DNA of 32,000 bases from Candidatus Iainarchaeum sp. (GCA_030688545.1 JAUYHT010000002.1:1-32000); one strand, 5' to 3'. Positions 1 through 8,276 are shown, counted from the first letter of the stretch. The notes: generated by a model not told the origin, from the letters alone. Program-made: numbers and translations.

Positions 1-955
1 TATTGATGTCTAAAATTTCCGCAGCGAAACGGGTGATGTGTCTTGGTGTTAATACAATTCCGATTTCTTTTGCGCCATTTCCATATTTTAGGAAAACTTC
101 ATAGAATTTTCCAAGAACATCGTTTCCTGAATTCATCGCTGAACGAATATTTAGGTTTTCAAGCTCTTGAATAGTCTTTACAAGGGCGCTTTTGAATTTG
201 ATGTGATTGTCGGGACTTGGAGGTAGAGCGATTTTTATGCAATCGAAAAACTCAGGTTTTCTATTTCTTACCAAAATGTTTTGCGCTCTGCTGTTAATAT
301 CTTGAATTAGAACAATTGGGGCTGCATCAACATTTGGTCTGCTATCATCGACAAGAGCGAGTAGAAGTGCGGCCATCACTCTAGCTCTTTGATTTTTGTT
401 AATTGCACCCAGATGCAGAATTTTGTTTATTTCTTCTGCTGTTTTAAGAAAAATTGTTTCATCAATTGGCAAGTCTGCAATTTCAGCAGTATTTCTTTCA
501 AGCAATTCTTTACAAATAACGGGTGAAAGTAATCCTGATGCGATTTTTCCATTAATTTTAATTGGGACAAATTCATTTCCGACCAGAAATGCTGATTCAA
601 CGACATATCCTTCATCATCGTTTCCGGCAATTCCTGAAATAATTGGCGCTTTTACTGCTCGACTTTGATTAATTTGTTTTGCGTATGCTTTGGCCTCTGC
701 AATCGCTTGCCCCAATTTGCTTTTGGATGATTTTGCCTCGATAACGTAATATTTGGATTCAGTTAGCTTAACGATGTTCTCTGGCCGGTCTTGAACAAGC
801 CATTTTCGCAGTTCTCCATCTTCTAAACATTCATTTTGGGTGAATAGCTGTCCGCCTTGGACTCGTAAGGGGTTTCTGACAATCCACCCCAGATTTTTCA
901 AGTGGTCTTTGATGAAACCGTATGCGTGAACTTCGCTTATTCGGGGATTAGGCAT
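1..955 (-). CDS. N6-adenine DNA methyltransferase (HsdM / type IIG-like) with a nuclease-like N-terminus; 5' part only, runs off the left edge
   Basis: Absent from the ORF track because no stop lies inside the window. My own minus-strand translation from ATG 955..953 stays open for 318 codons to position 2. It reads MPNPRISEVHAYGFIKDHLKNLGW...SKYYVIEAKSSKSKL (ExK block of a PD-(D/E)xK-like fold) ...DVLGKFYEVFLKYGNGAKEIGIVLTPRHITRFAAEILDIN. The last block is the YE..FL....TPR block typical of N-6 DNA methylases. Confidence 0.6.
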   Translation of the reverse strand, partial: MPNPRISEVHAYGFIKDHLKNLGWIVRNPLRVQGGQLFTQNECLEDGELRKWLVQDRPENIVKLTESKYYVIEAKSSKSKLGQAIAEAKAYAKQINQSRAVKAPIISGIAGNDDEGYVVESAFLVGNEFVPIKINGKIASGLLSPVICKELLERNTAEIADLPIDETIFLKTAEEINKILHLGAINKNQRARVMAALLLALVDDSRPNVDAAPIVLIQDINSRAQNILVRNRKPEFFDCIKIALPPSPDNHIKFKSALVKTIQELENLNIRSAMNSGNDVLGKFYEVFLKYGNGAKEIGIVLTPRHITRFAAEILDIN

Positions 956-1160
956 TGTTTTCACCCCTTTCTGTAGAATGTCTGTCCGTTTTGGTCTTTT
1001 TTATTTTGTATTTGCGCGGGCTATTCCAGTAAGGACTGCGACAACTTGGGCACGTCTTTGGCGGTTTGGCCCCCCTCGGTGGCCAAATATACTCACAACG
1101 GTTACACTTCCAAAACGTTCCTTTAACCTTGGGCATCGTTTGGAGGTAGGTTTCACTCAT
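948..1160 (-). CDS. Small C4 zinc-ribbon protein, translationally coupled to the methylase
   Basis: The track ORF is 948..1190; the likely start is ATG 1160 (MSETYLQTMPKVKGTFWKCNRCEYIWPP...KTCPSCRSPYW). It has two CxxC pairs. Its TAA stop overlaps the methylase ATG (ATGCCTAA, 8-nt overlap). Confidence 0.55.
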   Translation of the reverse strand: MSETYLQTMPKVKGTFWKCNRCEYIWPPRGAKPPKTCPSCRSPYWNSPRKYKIKKTKTDRHSTERGENNA

Positions 1161-1250
1161 ATTTAATCCTAACAGTATGTTGTTCCTCAATGTTTATAAT
1201 TATATTGTTACTAACATATTGTTAGTATGTATATATCGAGTTGATGAACA

Positions 1251-2474
1251 ATGAGTGTCCGAGAAAGTAAAGGAATAGAACTTGCGAAATCCTCGCTCAT
1301 TGATGAGACGAAGGAAGGTTGAATAGTTTCAAGCCAATCAGACAATCGAAGATATTTTATCAAAAAGGATTTTTCGTGCAACTGCCTTGACCATCAAACT
1401 CGAAATGTGAAATGTAAGCACGCTTATGCTGTTGAATTCTTTTTACAAAAACCAGTTTCCAGAATGCAGTCAATAGTTCAACCTATCCGTGAACCGCGTA
1501 AAACTTATTCTCAAATTTGGCCTGCGTATAACAAAAGTCAAACGAGTGAAAAAGAGTTATTCTTGCAGTTGCTTGCAGACTTAACGAAAAGTGAAAGCGA
1601 GAAACATTTTGGAAGACCCAGTGCAAATATGGGAGAGATGGCATTCTGTTGTGTGTTGAAAGTCTATACTCATTTTTCGACTCGACGTGCAAACACTGAC
1701 ATAAAAGACGCTTTCCAGAAAGGATTAATCGGCACACCGTATCACTATAACACGATTATCAAATATTTTGATGAACCCGAACTTACCAAACTATTACAGA
1801 AGCTAATTTTTCTCTCTGCTTCTCCACTTACAACAGTTGAGAAAAAGTTTGCTATAGATAGTAGTGGATTTAGAACAACTCAGTTTAATGAATACGCGAA
1901 AGAGAAGCACGGAACGAAGAAAGAACATCAATGGGTCAAAGTCCACGTTTTATCTGGGACAAAAACGAATATCATTTGTGCGATTGATATTGGTGAGGAA
2001 AATAGTGGAGACAGTCCACGACTGATTCCTTTGACACAACAAACTTTGGATAATGGTTTCAAAATGGAAGAACTCTCCGGCGATAAAGCATATTCCAGTC
2101 GAGACAATCTCTCATTCTTGAATGATAATGGAGTAATGCCATTCATTCCTTTCAGAAAGAATATGACAGCTAACGCGAAAGGTGGAGGATATATTTGGAA
2201 GAAAATGTATCACTATTTTCATTACAACCAAGAGCAGTTTCTTCAGCATTATCACGCTCGCTCAAATGCAGAGTCTACTTTTCGTATGATTAAGGCAAAA
2301 TTCAACGATACCATTCGTTCCAAGAAGAAAACGGCTCAAACCAATGAAATGCTCAGTAAAATCTTGTGTCACAATATCGTTGTGCTAATCCACGAAATGC
2401 ACGAACTCGGCATTAAACCCGATTTTTGCACACAAAGTCCCTTCGATGCCCACAAAGACGACTTTAAAGGCTAG
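1251..2474 (+). pseudogene. IS4/IS5-like DDE transposase with N-terminal SWIM zinc finger, interrupted by an in-frame TGA at 1320..1322
   Basis: The track ORF 1407..2474 starts at a GTG inside the SWIM finger. The same frame is open from ATG 1251 except for TGA 1320: MSVRESKGIELAKSSLIDETKEG*IVSSQSDNRRYFIKKDFSCNCLDHQTRNVKCKHAYAV (CxC...CxH). The C-terminal part carries SGDKAYSS and YHARSNAESTFRMIKAKF (the Y-x2-R-x3-E-x6-K signature of IS4/IS5 DDE enzymes). Confidence 0.7.
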
Positions 2475-3511
2475 TTAATGGGCAAAGCCCATCCCACCAG
2501 GAGGCCGCCCAGCGCCCCCTGGGCGATAATAAAAATAATGATGGAAATGAGGAATATCCCCGGGGCCCAGCGCACCCCCAAAAGGGGTTTGCCTGACCCA
2601 ATCATTCCCATGAACAAGGAACCCAGGATCGCATTACCAAAGAGCAGGATATAGGCCACGCTCACCAGGAAATCAGGGGTAATTCCAACCGTGCCCCCCA
2701 GAAAACCAACGGCCCCCGCATTGGCAGTGGCAAACGAGGCCTGTCCCTGAATCCGGGAGACCAGACGGATGAACTCCACGGCCACCGCCATGAGGAGGGG
2801 GGTGGCGATCATCATGACGAATCCGACGAAGATGACATAGGTTTTGGTGCTCGTCTGCAATTCCTTCTTCAACTCCTGGGATTGCCTTAATTCAGCCGAG
2901 GTGTTCTCGAGGAGCTGGGCCATCTTTCCCCCGCTTCGTACAGCCTGGAGAAAGAAACGGATGGTCTCATTCAAATTTTTGGATTTAATATTGGAGGTAA
3001 TGCGCGACAAGGCCGAAGCAAATGAATTGACCCCCAACGAACGGGAAGTAACCGTCCTTATTTCCTGGGAGAGCGGACCGAATTCGGGGCGCGCACTGCT
3101 CTTGAACGCCGAAAAGCTCGTCATCCCCGCGCGCACATTTCCAGCGACCAAGAGGAGGAAGTCTGGAAGGATATCTTCCACCATCCTCCGGCGTTTCTCA
3201 ACAAGATAATACAAGTGCCACACCCTCAATCCTAATCCTAACGCGAGACCGGTGATAATTCCTATGCCCGCACTCCATAGTGAAGTAATTTCCCCACCCG
3301 GGAGGAGGGTGGCCAACCAAGCGTTGAGGATACCCACCCCGAGATAAAACAGTATACCCCCGCCCAATCCCCCCAAAAAAACAATCAAAAGGGTTTTGGC
3401 CAACCACGCGTGCCCATCCTCCAAACCGCCTTGACGCGCAGCCTCAGCGACCCGCGTCTGCCATTTGTCAGGAAAAAGACGGACAATCCGGTAGGATAAT
3501 GCGCGCATCAT
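2471..3511 (-). CDS. Type IV pilus platform membrane protein, single T2SSF domain (TadC/FlaJ-like)
   Basis: 346 aa and polytopic. The block EDILPDFLLLVAGNVRAGMTSFSAFKSS...ETIRFFLQAVRSGGKMAQLLENTSAELR is typical of GspF/TadBC/FlaJ domains. An ATGA overlap links it to the upstream gene. Confidence 0.8.
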   Translation of the reverse strand: MMRALSYRIVRLFPDKWQTRVAEAARQGGLEDGHAWLAKTLLIVFLGGLGGGILFYLGVGILNAWLATLLPGGEITSLWSAGIGIITGLALGLGLRVWHLYYLVEKRRRMVEDILPDFLLLVAGNVRAGMTSFSAFKSSARPEFGPLSQEIRTVTSRSLGVNSFASALSRITSNIKSKNLNETIRFFLQAVRSGGKMAQLLENTSAELRQSQELKKELQTSTKTYVIFVGFVMMIATPLLMAVAVEFIRLVSRIQGQASFATANAGAVGFLGGTVGITPDFLVSVAYILLFGNAILGSLFMGMIGSGKPLLGVRWAPGIFLISIIIFIIAQGALGGLLVGWALPIN

Positions 3512-4398
3512 TCTTTGTACCCCGCGGGAATGCGCGTGCCGATGAAACCTATAAGGAGAACTTGGATGATAAAGGCAAACCCGATCGTCATGAAAATAGT
3601 ATCATTTCCCACACTGGTGCCCCCAATAGAAGACAGGATGACCAGGAAGGTGATTCCTATCGTGGGAACGGCGGCGGCGATCAACAGGTAAATAAGGATC
3701 CACATGTTGAGTTCCGCCGCATAATCCTTGATGTGCCGCGACTGGAAATCGGAGAGGGATTGGGAAATGGCTTGTAATGCCGCGCTAACACTGCTTCCTG
3801 TTCGGATGGACGTCACCAGTTGCCACACCACTTTCTTCAAGAAATGGGAATCCGTGCGAAGGGCCAGCCTTTCCAACGCGGCCGCCTCGGTGACACCGGC
3901 ATTGATCTCTTGCACCACGACTTCGAATTCTTCAGAAATATGACCATACCCCGCTCGCGCGACATTGGACATGGCATCATACAACCCCACCCCCGAATTC
4001 ACCTGGATGAGTAAACTCTTGAGGGCATAGGTCAAACTTTGATCCACCTCCACCGCATTCTTCTGGGCTAACAACCGGGGATAAATCAGATGCAACCCCA
4101 ACGCCGACATCCCCGCTACAACTCCGGCAACCACTCCCAATTTGATCCCATTTTCCAACCCCCCATCCGGGGAAATGAAACCAACTCCCAAAAATAGGAG
4201 GCCTAATACCAATGCGTACAATCCGGCTGAAACGAACGCGGCCGCGAGATACGCCTCAGGAGTGATGCGCAAATGGGCATAGCGTAATGAATCCTCCAAA
4301 AAACGAAAAATGCGCAAAAAAGGTCGCGCCGCTCCGGTAACGCGGGAAGGGAGCTTATTCGCCTGCTCCATGGTCAACAGCATAAACCGGACACGCAT
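3508..4398 (-). CDS. Type IV pilus platform membrane protein, single T2SSF domain (TadB/FlaJ-like)
   Basis: 296 aa. It contains YALKSLLIQVNSGVGLYDAMSNVARAGYGHISEEFEVVVQEINAGVTEAAALERLALRT followed by C-terminal TM segments. It starts 9 nt after the ATPase stop. Confidence 0.8.
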   Translation of the reverse strand: MRVRFMLLTMEQANKLPSRVTGAARPFLRIFRFLEDSLRYAHLRITPEAYLAAAFVSAGLYALVLGLLFLGVGFISPDGGLENGIKLGVVAGVVAGMSALGLHLIYPRLLAQKNAVEVDQSLTYALKSLLIQVNSGVGLYDAMSNVARAGYGHISEEFEVVVQEINAGVTEAAALERLALRTDSHFLKKVVWQLVTSIRTGSSVSAALQAISQSLSDFQSRHIKDYAAELNMWILIYLLIAAAVPTIGITFLVILSSIGGTSVGNDTIFMTIGFAFIIQVLLIGFIGTRIPAGYKE

Positions 4399-4407
4399 AC
4401 TATTTAT

Positions 4408-6267
4408 TCACCCCAAACCCAGGGAGGGGTCCATGTCCTGGCGCGCGGCTTCCTTCACCTTATCGGGATCCGCATAGAAGACCTGCATCACTTTTCCCAC
4501 TTGGGAAATATCCCCCCATTTCCGGCGGACCAACCATTCCAATATCATCATCCGATCCTCCACTTCATCCTTGATCTCCCGCTCGGAGAGGCCGGTGTGC
4601 ATATTCAGCTTCTGGATCAACCGCACGGGCTCCGCCACTTTCTCCCACACGTCCTCGCGCGCGGTCCACCTAAACACCTCATTGGTTCCCACGGAAGCCG
4701 TGCCCGTGCCCCCTTCTATCTCGGCAATCTCATAGACCCGGCGCTGATTGGATTTGCGATCGCGGTATTGGACGATAATCAAATCAATCGCTTCCACCTC
4801 CACCGCTGGCACATTCAAAGGGGGCTCGATGAGCCGGCGCAACACCTGACGCGCAGAATCCGCGTGGATGGTGGCATACACACTATGCCCCGTATGCATG
4901 GCCTCAAACAATGTTTCCGCCTCCTCCTGCGTGCGCATCTCCCCCATAACTAATCTGTCTGGTCGCATGCGCAATGACGACACTAATAGGTCGAGCATGG
5001 ACACCTCCCCCGTGCCTTCCGGGTTGGGATTGCGCGTGGTCAAGGGCACCCAATTCCACCGCATGTGCTCGGGGAGATTCAATTCCCTGACATCTTCGAT
5101 AGTAATGATGCGCTGGTGCGCAGGGATGAAGGCAAGTAAGGCATTCAGGGCACTCGTTTTCCCGGAAGCCGTCGAGCCCGCGATGAGAATAGAGAGCTCA
5201 TACTGCATCGCCAGCCATACCCACGCGGCCATCTCGGTGGACATCGTCTTGTCTTCCCCGATGAAATTAATAATTGTCCATGGTTTTCGCGAGAAGCGGC
5301 GAATAGTCAACGTGTTCCCATTGGAAGAAATAGGAAATAGGGTCGCATTCACCCGATCACCCGAGAGCAGGTGGGCATCCAGGATGGGATTCAAATTAGT
5401 AATTTCCCGACCCACCTTTCTTCCTATTTGAGCGGAGAGATTCTGGATATGTTCCTCATTCTGCATTATTAAATTAGTTTTCATCCACCCATACTTGAGA
5501 TGGTATACCGTTACCGGGGATTTGGCGGAGTTGATGGCGATCTCCTCCAGGTTATCATCGGCCCCTAAAATCTCCAATTCCCCCAATCCATAGAGGTTGT
5601 GCAACAACTGCCCGGCCATGGATCCCACTAATTCCTTTCCGAATCCAGGGAGGCGCTTGGCCAATTCTTGTTTGGCAATTTTTCCAAATTGGTGCTTGAG
5701 ATTTTGGGCCTGCTGCACATCCGACAAATCGATGGCTTCAATGGGGATGGCGGCGGCCACGCTATCCCTCAATTCTTCCAACAAGAGTTGGGTATAAGGA
5801 CCAAACGTCTGGACCTGCAATGAGTAAAACGGCCGGTTGTCCCCCACCGCATGGATTATGTTTACCCTGGCTGGAACCTCGTCCGCGGAGAACGCATACT
5901 CCTCCATCACTTCTCCTGCGGGAGGGGGGAGGATATTATCTTCTAATGCCTTTTCCAACGTCACTTTAGGGGATTGGATGAGCGACGCGGGATACGCCAA
6001 CTTCACGATCTCCCGCCGCTCGAACATCTTCAATACCCTTTCTAAGTCTTCGGTTTTCCACCGCGCCTCCCGGGCCAACTGGGACAATAACACCTCTCGC
6101 TTTCCCTGGAGGAGGCGCATGACGGCATCAATCAACAAGGGTCCTTCTCCCGTTTCCACTTGGAAGGATGCTGCCCTGGTCTCCGGAGGGGCTTCCTCCG
6201 GGGAAATAGTATGGGGATACGTGATGGCATCCGCCGATTCCAGCTTCACGGGGGGAATATCCGGCAT
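4408..6267 (-). CDS. FlaI/PilB/VirB11-family secretion ATPase (archaeal type IV pilus assembly ATPase)
   Basis: Walker A is GSTASGKTSALNALL, the Asp box is RIITIEDVRELNL, and Walker B/His box is RPDRLVMGEMRTQEEAETLFEAMHTGHSVYATIHA. The ORF is open up to 6351. However, the TATA box at 6289..6298 sits 29 nt upstream of ATG 6267 (MPDIPPVKLE), and the tRNA begins only 30 nt beyond 6351. Confidence 0.9.
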   Translation of the reverse strand: MPDIPPVKLESADAITYPHTISPEEAPPETRAASFQVETGEGPLLIDAVMRLLQGKREVLLSQLAREARWKTEDLERVLKMFERREIVKLAYPASLIQSPKVTLEKALEDNILPPPAGEVMEEYAFSADEVPARVNIIHAVGDNRPFYSLQVQTFGPYTQLLLEELRDSVAAAIPIEAIDLSDVQQAQNLKHQFGKIAKQELAKRLPGFGKELVGSMAGQLLHNLYGLGELEILGADDNLEEIAINSAKSPVTVYHLKYGWMKTNLIMQNEEHIQNLSAQIGRKVGREITNLNPILDAHLLSGDRVNATLFPISSNGNTLTIRRFSRKPWTIINFIGEDKTMSTEMAAWVWLAMQYELSILIAGSTASGKTSALNALLAFIPAHQRIITIEDVRELNLPEHMRWNWVPLTTRNPNPEGTGEVSMLDLLVSSLRMRPDRLVMGEMRTQEEAETLFEAMHTGHSVYATIHADSARQVLRRLIEPPLNVPAVEVEAIDLIIVQYRDRKSNQRRVYEIAEIEGGTGTASVGTNEVFRWTAREDVWEKVAEPVRLIQKLNMHTGLSEREIKDEVEDRMMILEWLVRRKWGDISQVGKVMQVFYADPDKVKEAARQDMDPSLGLG

Positions 6268-6288
6268 ACGGGGGGAAACCGAATGAAC

Positions 6289-6298
6289 CTTATATAGG
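6289..6298 (-). promoter_or_regulatory. TATA box (minus strand CCTATATAAG) for a leaderless ATPase-platform transcript
   Basis: The first T is 29 nt upstream of ATG 6267, the same spacing seen at about ten other genes in the window. Confidence 0.55.
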
Positions 6299-6381
6299 AT
6301 AACCATTCCTCCGGCAAGCGCCTGCTTTTTATGGGTACCATCCCCCATCATGCTAAATCCAAACGCGGCCCATTCACCCCA

Positions 6382-6464
6382 GCAGGGATGGCAGAGCGGT
6401 CAAATGCGCCGGCCTTGAGAGCCGGAGCCGAAAGGCTACGGGAGTTCGAATCTCCCTCCCTGCG
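6382..6464 (+). tRNA. tRNA-Ser(UGA): tRNA-Ser, anticodon UGA, type II with long variable arm, no encoded CCA
   Basis: Hand-folded as gcaggga/tccctgc acceptor, 3-bp D stem, ccggc-CTTGAGA-gccgg anticodon arm, variable arm agcc-gaaa-ggct, and T arm gggag-ttcgaat-ctccc. Total 83 nt. Confidence 0.9.
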
Positions 6465-6523
6465 CTCGCTTTCGATCGAGCGCCCCGATGTTAGGGGTAC
6501 TGCCACCGCAGTACCCCAGACGC

Positions 6524-6805
6524 TTTTTCGCCAACCTTTTTCTAAAAGGTTGGTTCTGAATCTCCCTCCCTGCGTGGCCCGTTCCGTCGGGCCGCTGCGG
6601 GGTTAGGGCTCCTTGCAGGAGCCCAGACAAATCGTGAAGTATTTTTTCGCCAACCTTTTTCTAAAAGGTTGGTTCTGAATCTCCCTCCCTGCGTGGCCAT
6701 TAGCATAGGCCGCTCGCTCCCGGGGTATTGCGCGGCAATACCCCTTAAGAAAAGATTTTTCGCCAACCTTTTTCTAAAAGGTTGGTTCTGAATCTCTCTC
6801 CCTAC
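6524..6805 (+). repeat. Three tandem units (period 119 and 113 nt), each a T-rich-loop hairpin plus a decayed copy of the last ~22 nt of tRNA-Ser
   Basis: TTTTTCGCCAACCTTTTTCTAAAAGGTTGGTTCTGAATCTCCCTCCCTGCG occurs at 6524..6574 and 6643..6693, with a degraded copy at 6756..6805. Compare the real tRNA end GAGTTCGAATCTCCCTCCCTGCG. Each unit is followed by two further hairpins. Confidence 0.85.
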
Positions 6806-6928
6806 ACTCGCTTTCGATCGAGCGCTCCAAAATAGAGGGGTCGCTTCGCGGTCCTTCGGTTGATAAAGACTTCATCAATTGTTACGAAATAATTTTTGGC
6901 TGCTCGTTCGCGGAGTACATTTAGTCAA

Positions 6929-6962
6929 TGTCTCTTGAGACAGGGTGATGATTTTTTTTTTT
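6929..6962 (+). terminator. Stem-loop plus T11 tract; candidate terminator for plus-strand transcription of tRNA-Ser plus the repeat array
   Basis: tgtctc-tt-gagaca lies at 6929..6942, followed by 11 consecutive T at 6952..6962. Oligo-T tracts act as archaeal terminators. Confidence 0.45.
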
Positions 6963-6965
6963 AAA

Positions 6966-7838
6966 CTACCCCGCCACCCAAATGGTATTCGTGTCCACAT
7001 TGGCATCGATACCCCGGATGGTGAGGTTGAGATCGTATCCTCCGCGGGTGCCATTGATGTCGTTCAGCATGTCCCAGCGCACCGCGTACTTCACTTTGGC
7101 TACTGAGGGGTTGGCGAGGATCATCTGATAGGTGCCCTCCCCTTCTCCCGAGAGGAAACGGATGGAAAACGTATCGTTCCCCCCCATCGGGGGAGAATAG
7201 GTCCAGCTCGCGGTGTAGGACAAATCATAATCCAGGTCATAGATCTCGGTTACGGTTTGAGAAGCATTGGTGTCCCGGTAATGCAGATAGACCCGCACGT
7301 CGGCATCCCCTTCCTCCCCCACCGAGAGAGGAGTGTACGTCCCCGCATTCCGGTCCGCAATCGCATTGATATCAAGGATGAGGGGATGTGTTCTTTCATT
7401 CGAAGCCAAAAGGATGAGCGTATTAGTGTCAAGGGATTGCTTCCATACCAATCCTGTGTCGGTCCGCCCGGTGAGGTTGCCATCGGTCAATGTCTGAGTG
7501 AGACCTAAAGATATGAGCAGGTTTTGGTCCTCTCCAAAAGTAGTGAGGCGGCTCGAATATGCCTGGAGATTCCCATTCAAATCTAATGGAGAGGGAATAA
7601 ATCCATTCATGAAAAGAGACGCATGGGTATCATTCTGGTCGATCCGGAGATGCTGATCTAAAAGGGAATTGAAATCCAAGGAAATATCCTGGGCCACTCG
7701 AAGCGGCCGAAGAAGCGTCCACCCCTCACTTCGATCCACTTGCAACCCAAAAAAATGGGTGGCCATGAGCTGGGCGAATAGGAGAAGGAAGAGCGCCAGG
7801 ACAAAGGTGGCGAAACTCAGGACAAATCCTTTGTTCAT
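6966..7838 (-). CDS. Pilin-like protein with class III (prepilin-type) signal peptide
   Basis: The start at ATG 7838 forms an ATGA overlap with the upstream stop. The N-terminus is MNKG/FVLSFATFVLALFLLLFAQL. The track ORF extends to 7871. Confidence 0.75.
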   Translation of the reverse strand: MNKGFVLSFATFVLALFLLLFAQLMATHFFGLQVDRSEGWTLLRPLRVAQDISLDFNSLLDQHLRIDQNDTHASLFMNGFIPSPLDLNGNLQAYSSRLTTFGEDQNLLISLGLTQTLTDGNLTGRTDTGLVWKQSLDTNTLILLASNERTHPLILDINAIADRNAGTYTPLSVGEEGDADVRVYLHYRDTNASQTVTEIYDLDYDLSYTASWTYSPPMGGNDTFSIRFLSGEGEGTYQMILANPSVAKVKYAVRWDMLNDINGTRGGYDLNLTIRGIDANVDTNTIWVAG

Positions 7839-8275
7839 CCGGATGGCCATGCCGTCACCTCCACCACCCAAAAATTAGCATCCGGGGGAGTAGGGACGAT
7901 GAATCCATGACGCACGCGCTCCACCCCCGCGGTCTGGAGCACGCACCCGGTTTTGGTGACGATGAACGCGGCGATATTCGAATCCGGAGAAGAGAACACC
8001 TGCACACTCCCGCACAATGTGGCGGGCCACGCGTCGATAACCGAACGAATAGGAGTTGTATTGTCGAGGATAACCCCCTCCTGGAGCAATTGTCCCTGTT
8101 CCAAAGCAAACGCCGCTCGGGTGACCAATTCACGTAAAACGGTTTGGTTCTCCAATCCAGTGCCCGGGGTATTTATAGTTTCAAACGCCAGCCCCACTAA
8201 CGCGAAAAGGATGGCGAGCGCCAGCAGCGCATCGGTGGCGATGACGAATCCATTTTGAGACCAAAGCAATACCAT
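7835..8275 (-). CDS. Pilin-like protein with class III-type N-terminus
   Basis: ATG 8275 lies 1 nt after the upstream TAA. The N-terminus is MVLLWSQNG/FVIATDALLALAILFALVGL. The track ORF extends to 8341 across the upstream gene. Confidence 0.7.
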   Translation of the reverse strand: MVLLWSQNGFVIATDALLALAILFALVGLAFETINTPGTGLENQTVLRELVTRAAFALEQGQLLQEGVILDNTTPIRSVIDAWPATLCGSVQVFSSPDSNIAAFIVTKTGCVLQTAGVERVRHGFIVPTPPDANFWVVEVTAWPSG

Positions 8276-8276
8276 A

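Noticed and set aside
396-668. Track ORFs 396..668 (+) and 427..630 (-)
   Set aside because: Both lie inside the 318-codon methylase reading frame, on the opposite strand or in a shifted frame. That frame carries recognisable methylase motifs.
1195-1235. Direct repeat TATTGTTACTA / TATTGTTAGTA as an IS terminal repeat
   Set aside because: No inverted partner exists at the other end of the transposase gene, where the sequence passes directly into the GC-rich platform gene. It may be an operator in the divergent promoter region, but I cannot support that.
6331-6766. Track ORFs 6331..6606 (+), 6436..6630 (-) and 6542..6766 (-)
   Set aside because: They run through a well-folded tRNA gene and the tandem repeat array. 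Their apparent internal protein repeats only mirror the DNA repeats.
6524-6805. Possible CRISPR array (regularly spaced repeats with variable intervening sequence)
   Set aside because: There are only three units. The repeats are 51 nt and the spacers about 62-68 nt. The repeats are tRNA-derived, the spacers themselves fold into conserved hairpins, and no cas genes lie nearby. This does not fit CRISPR geometry.
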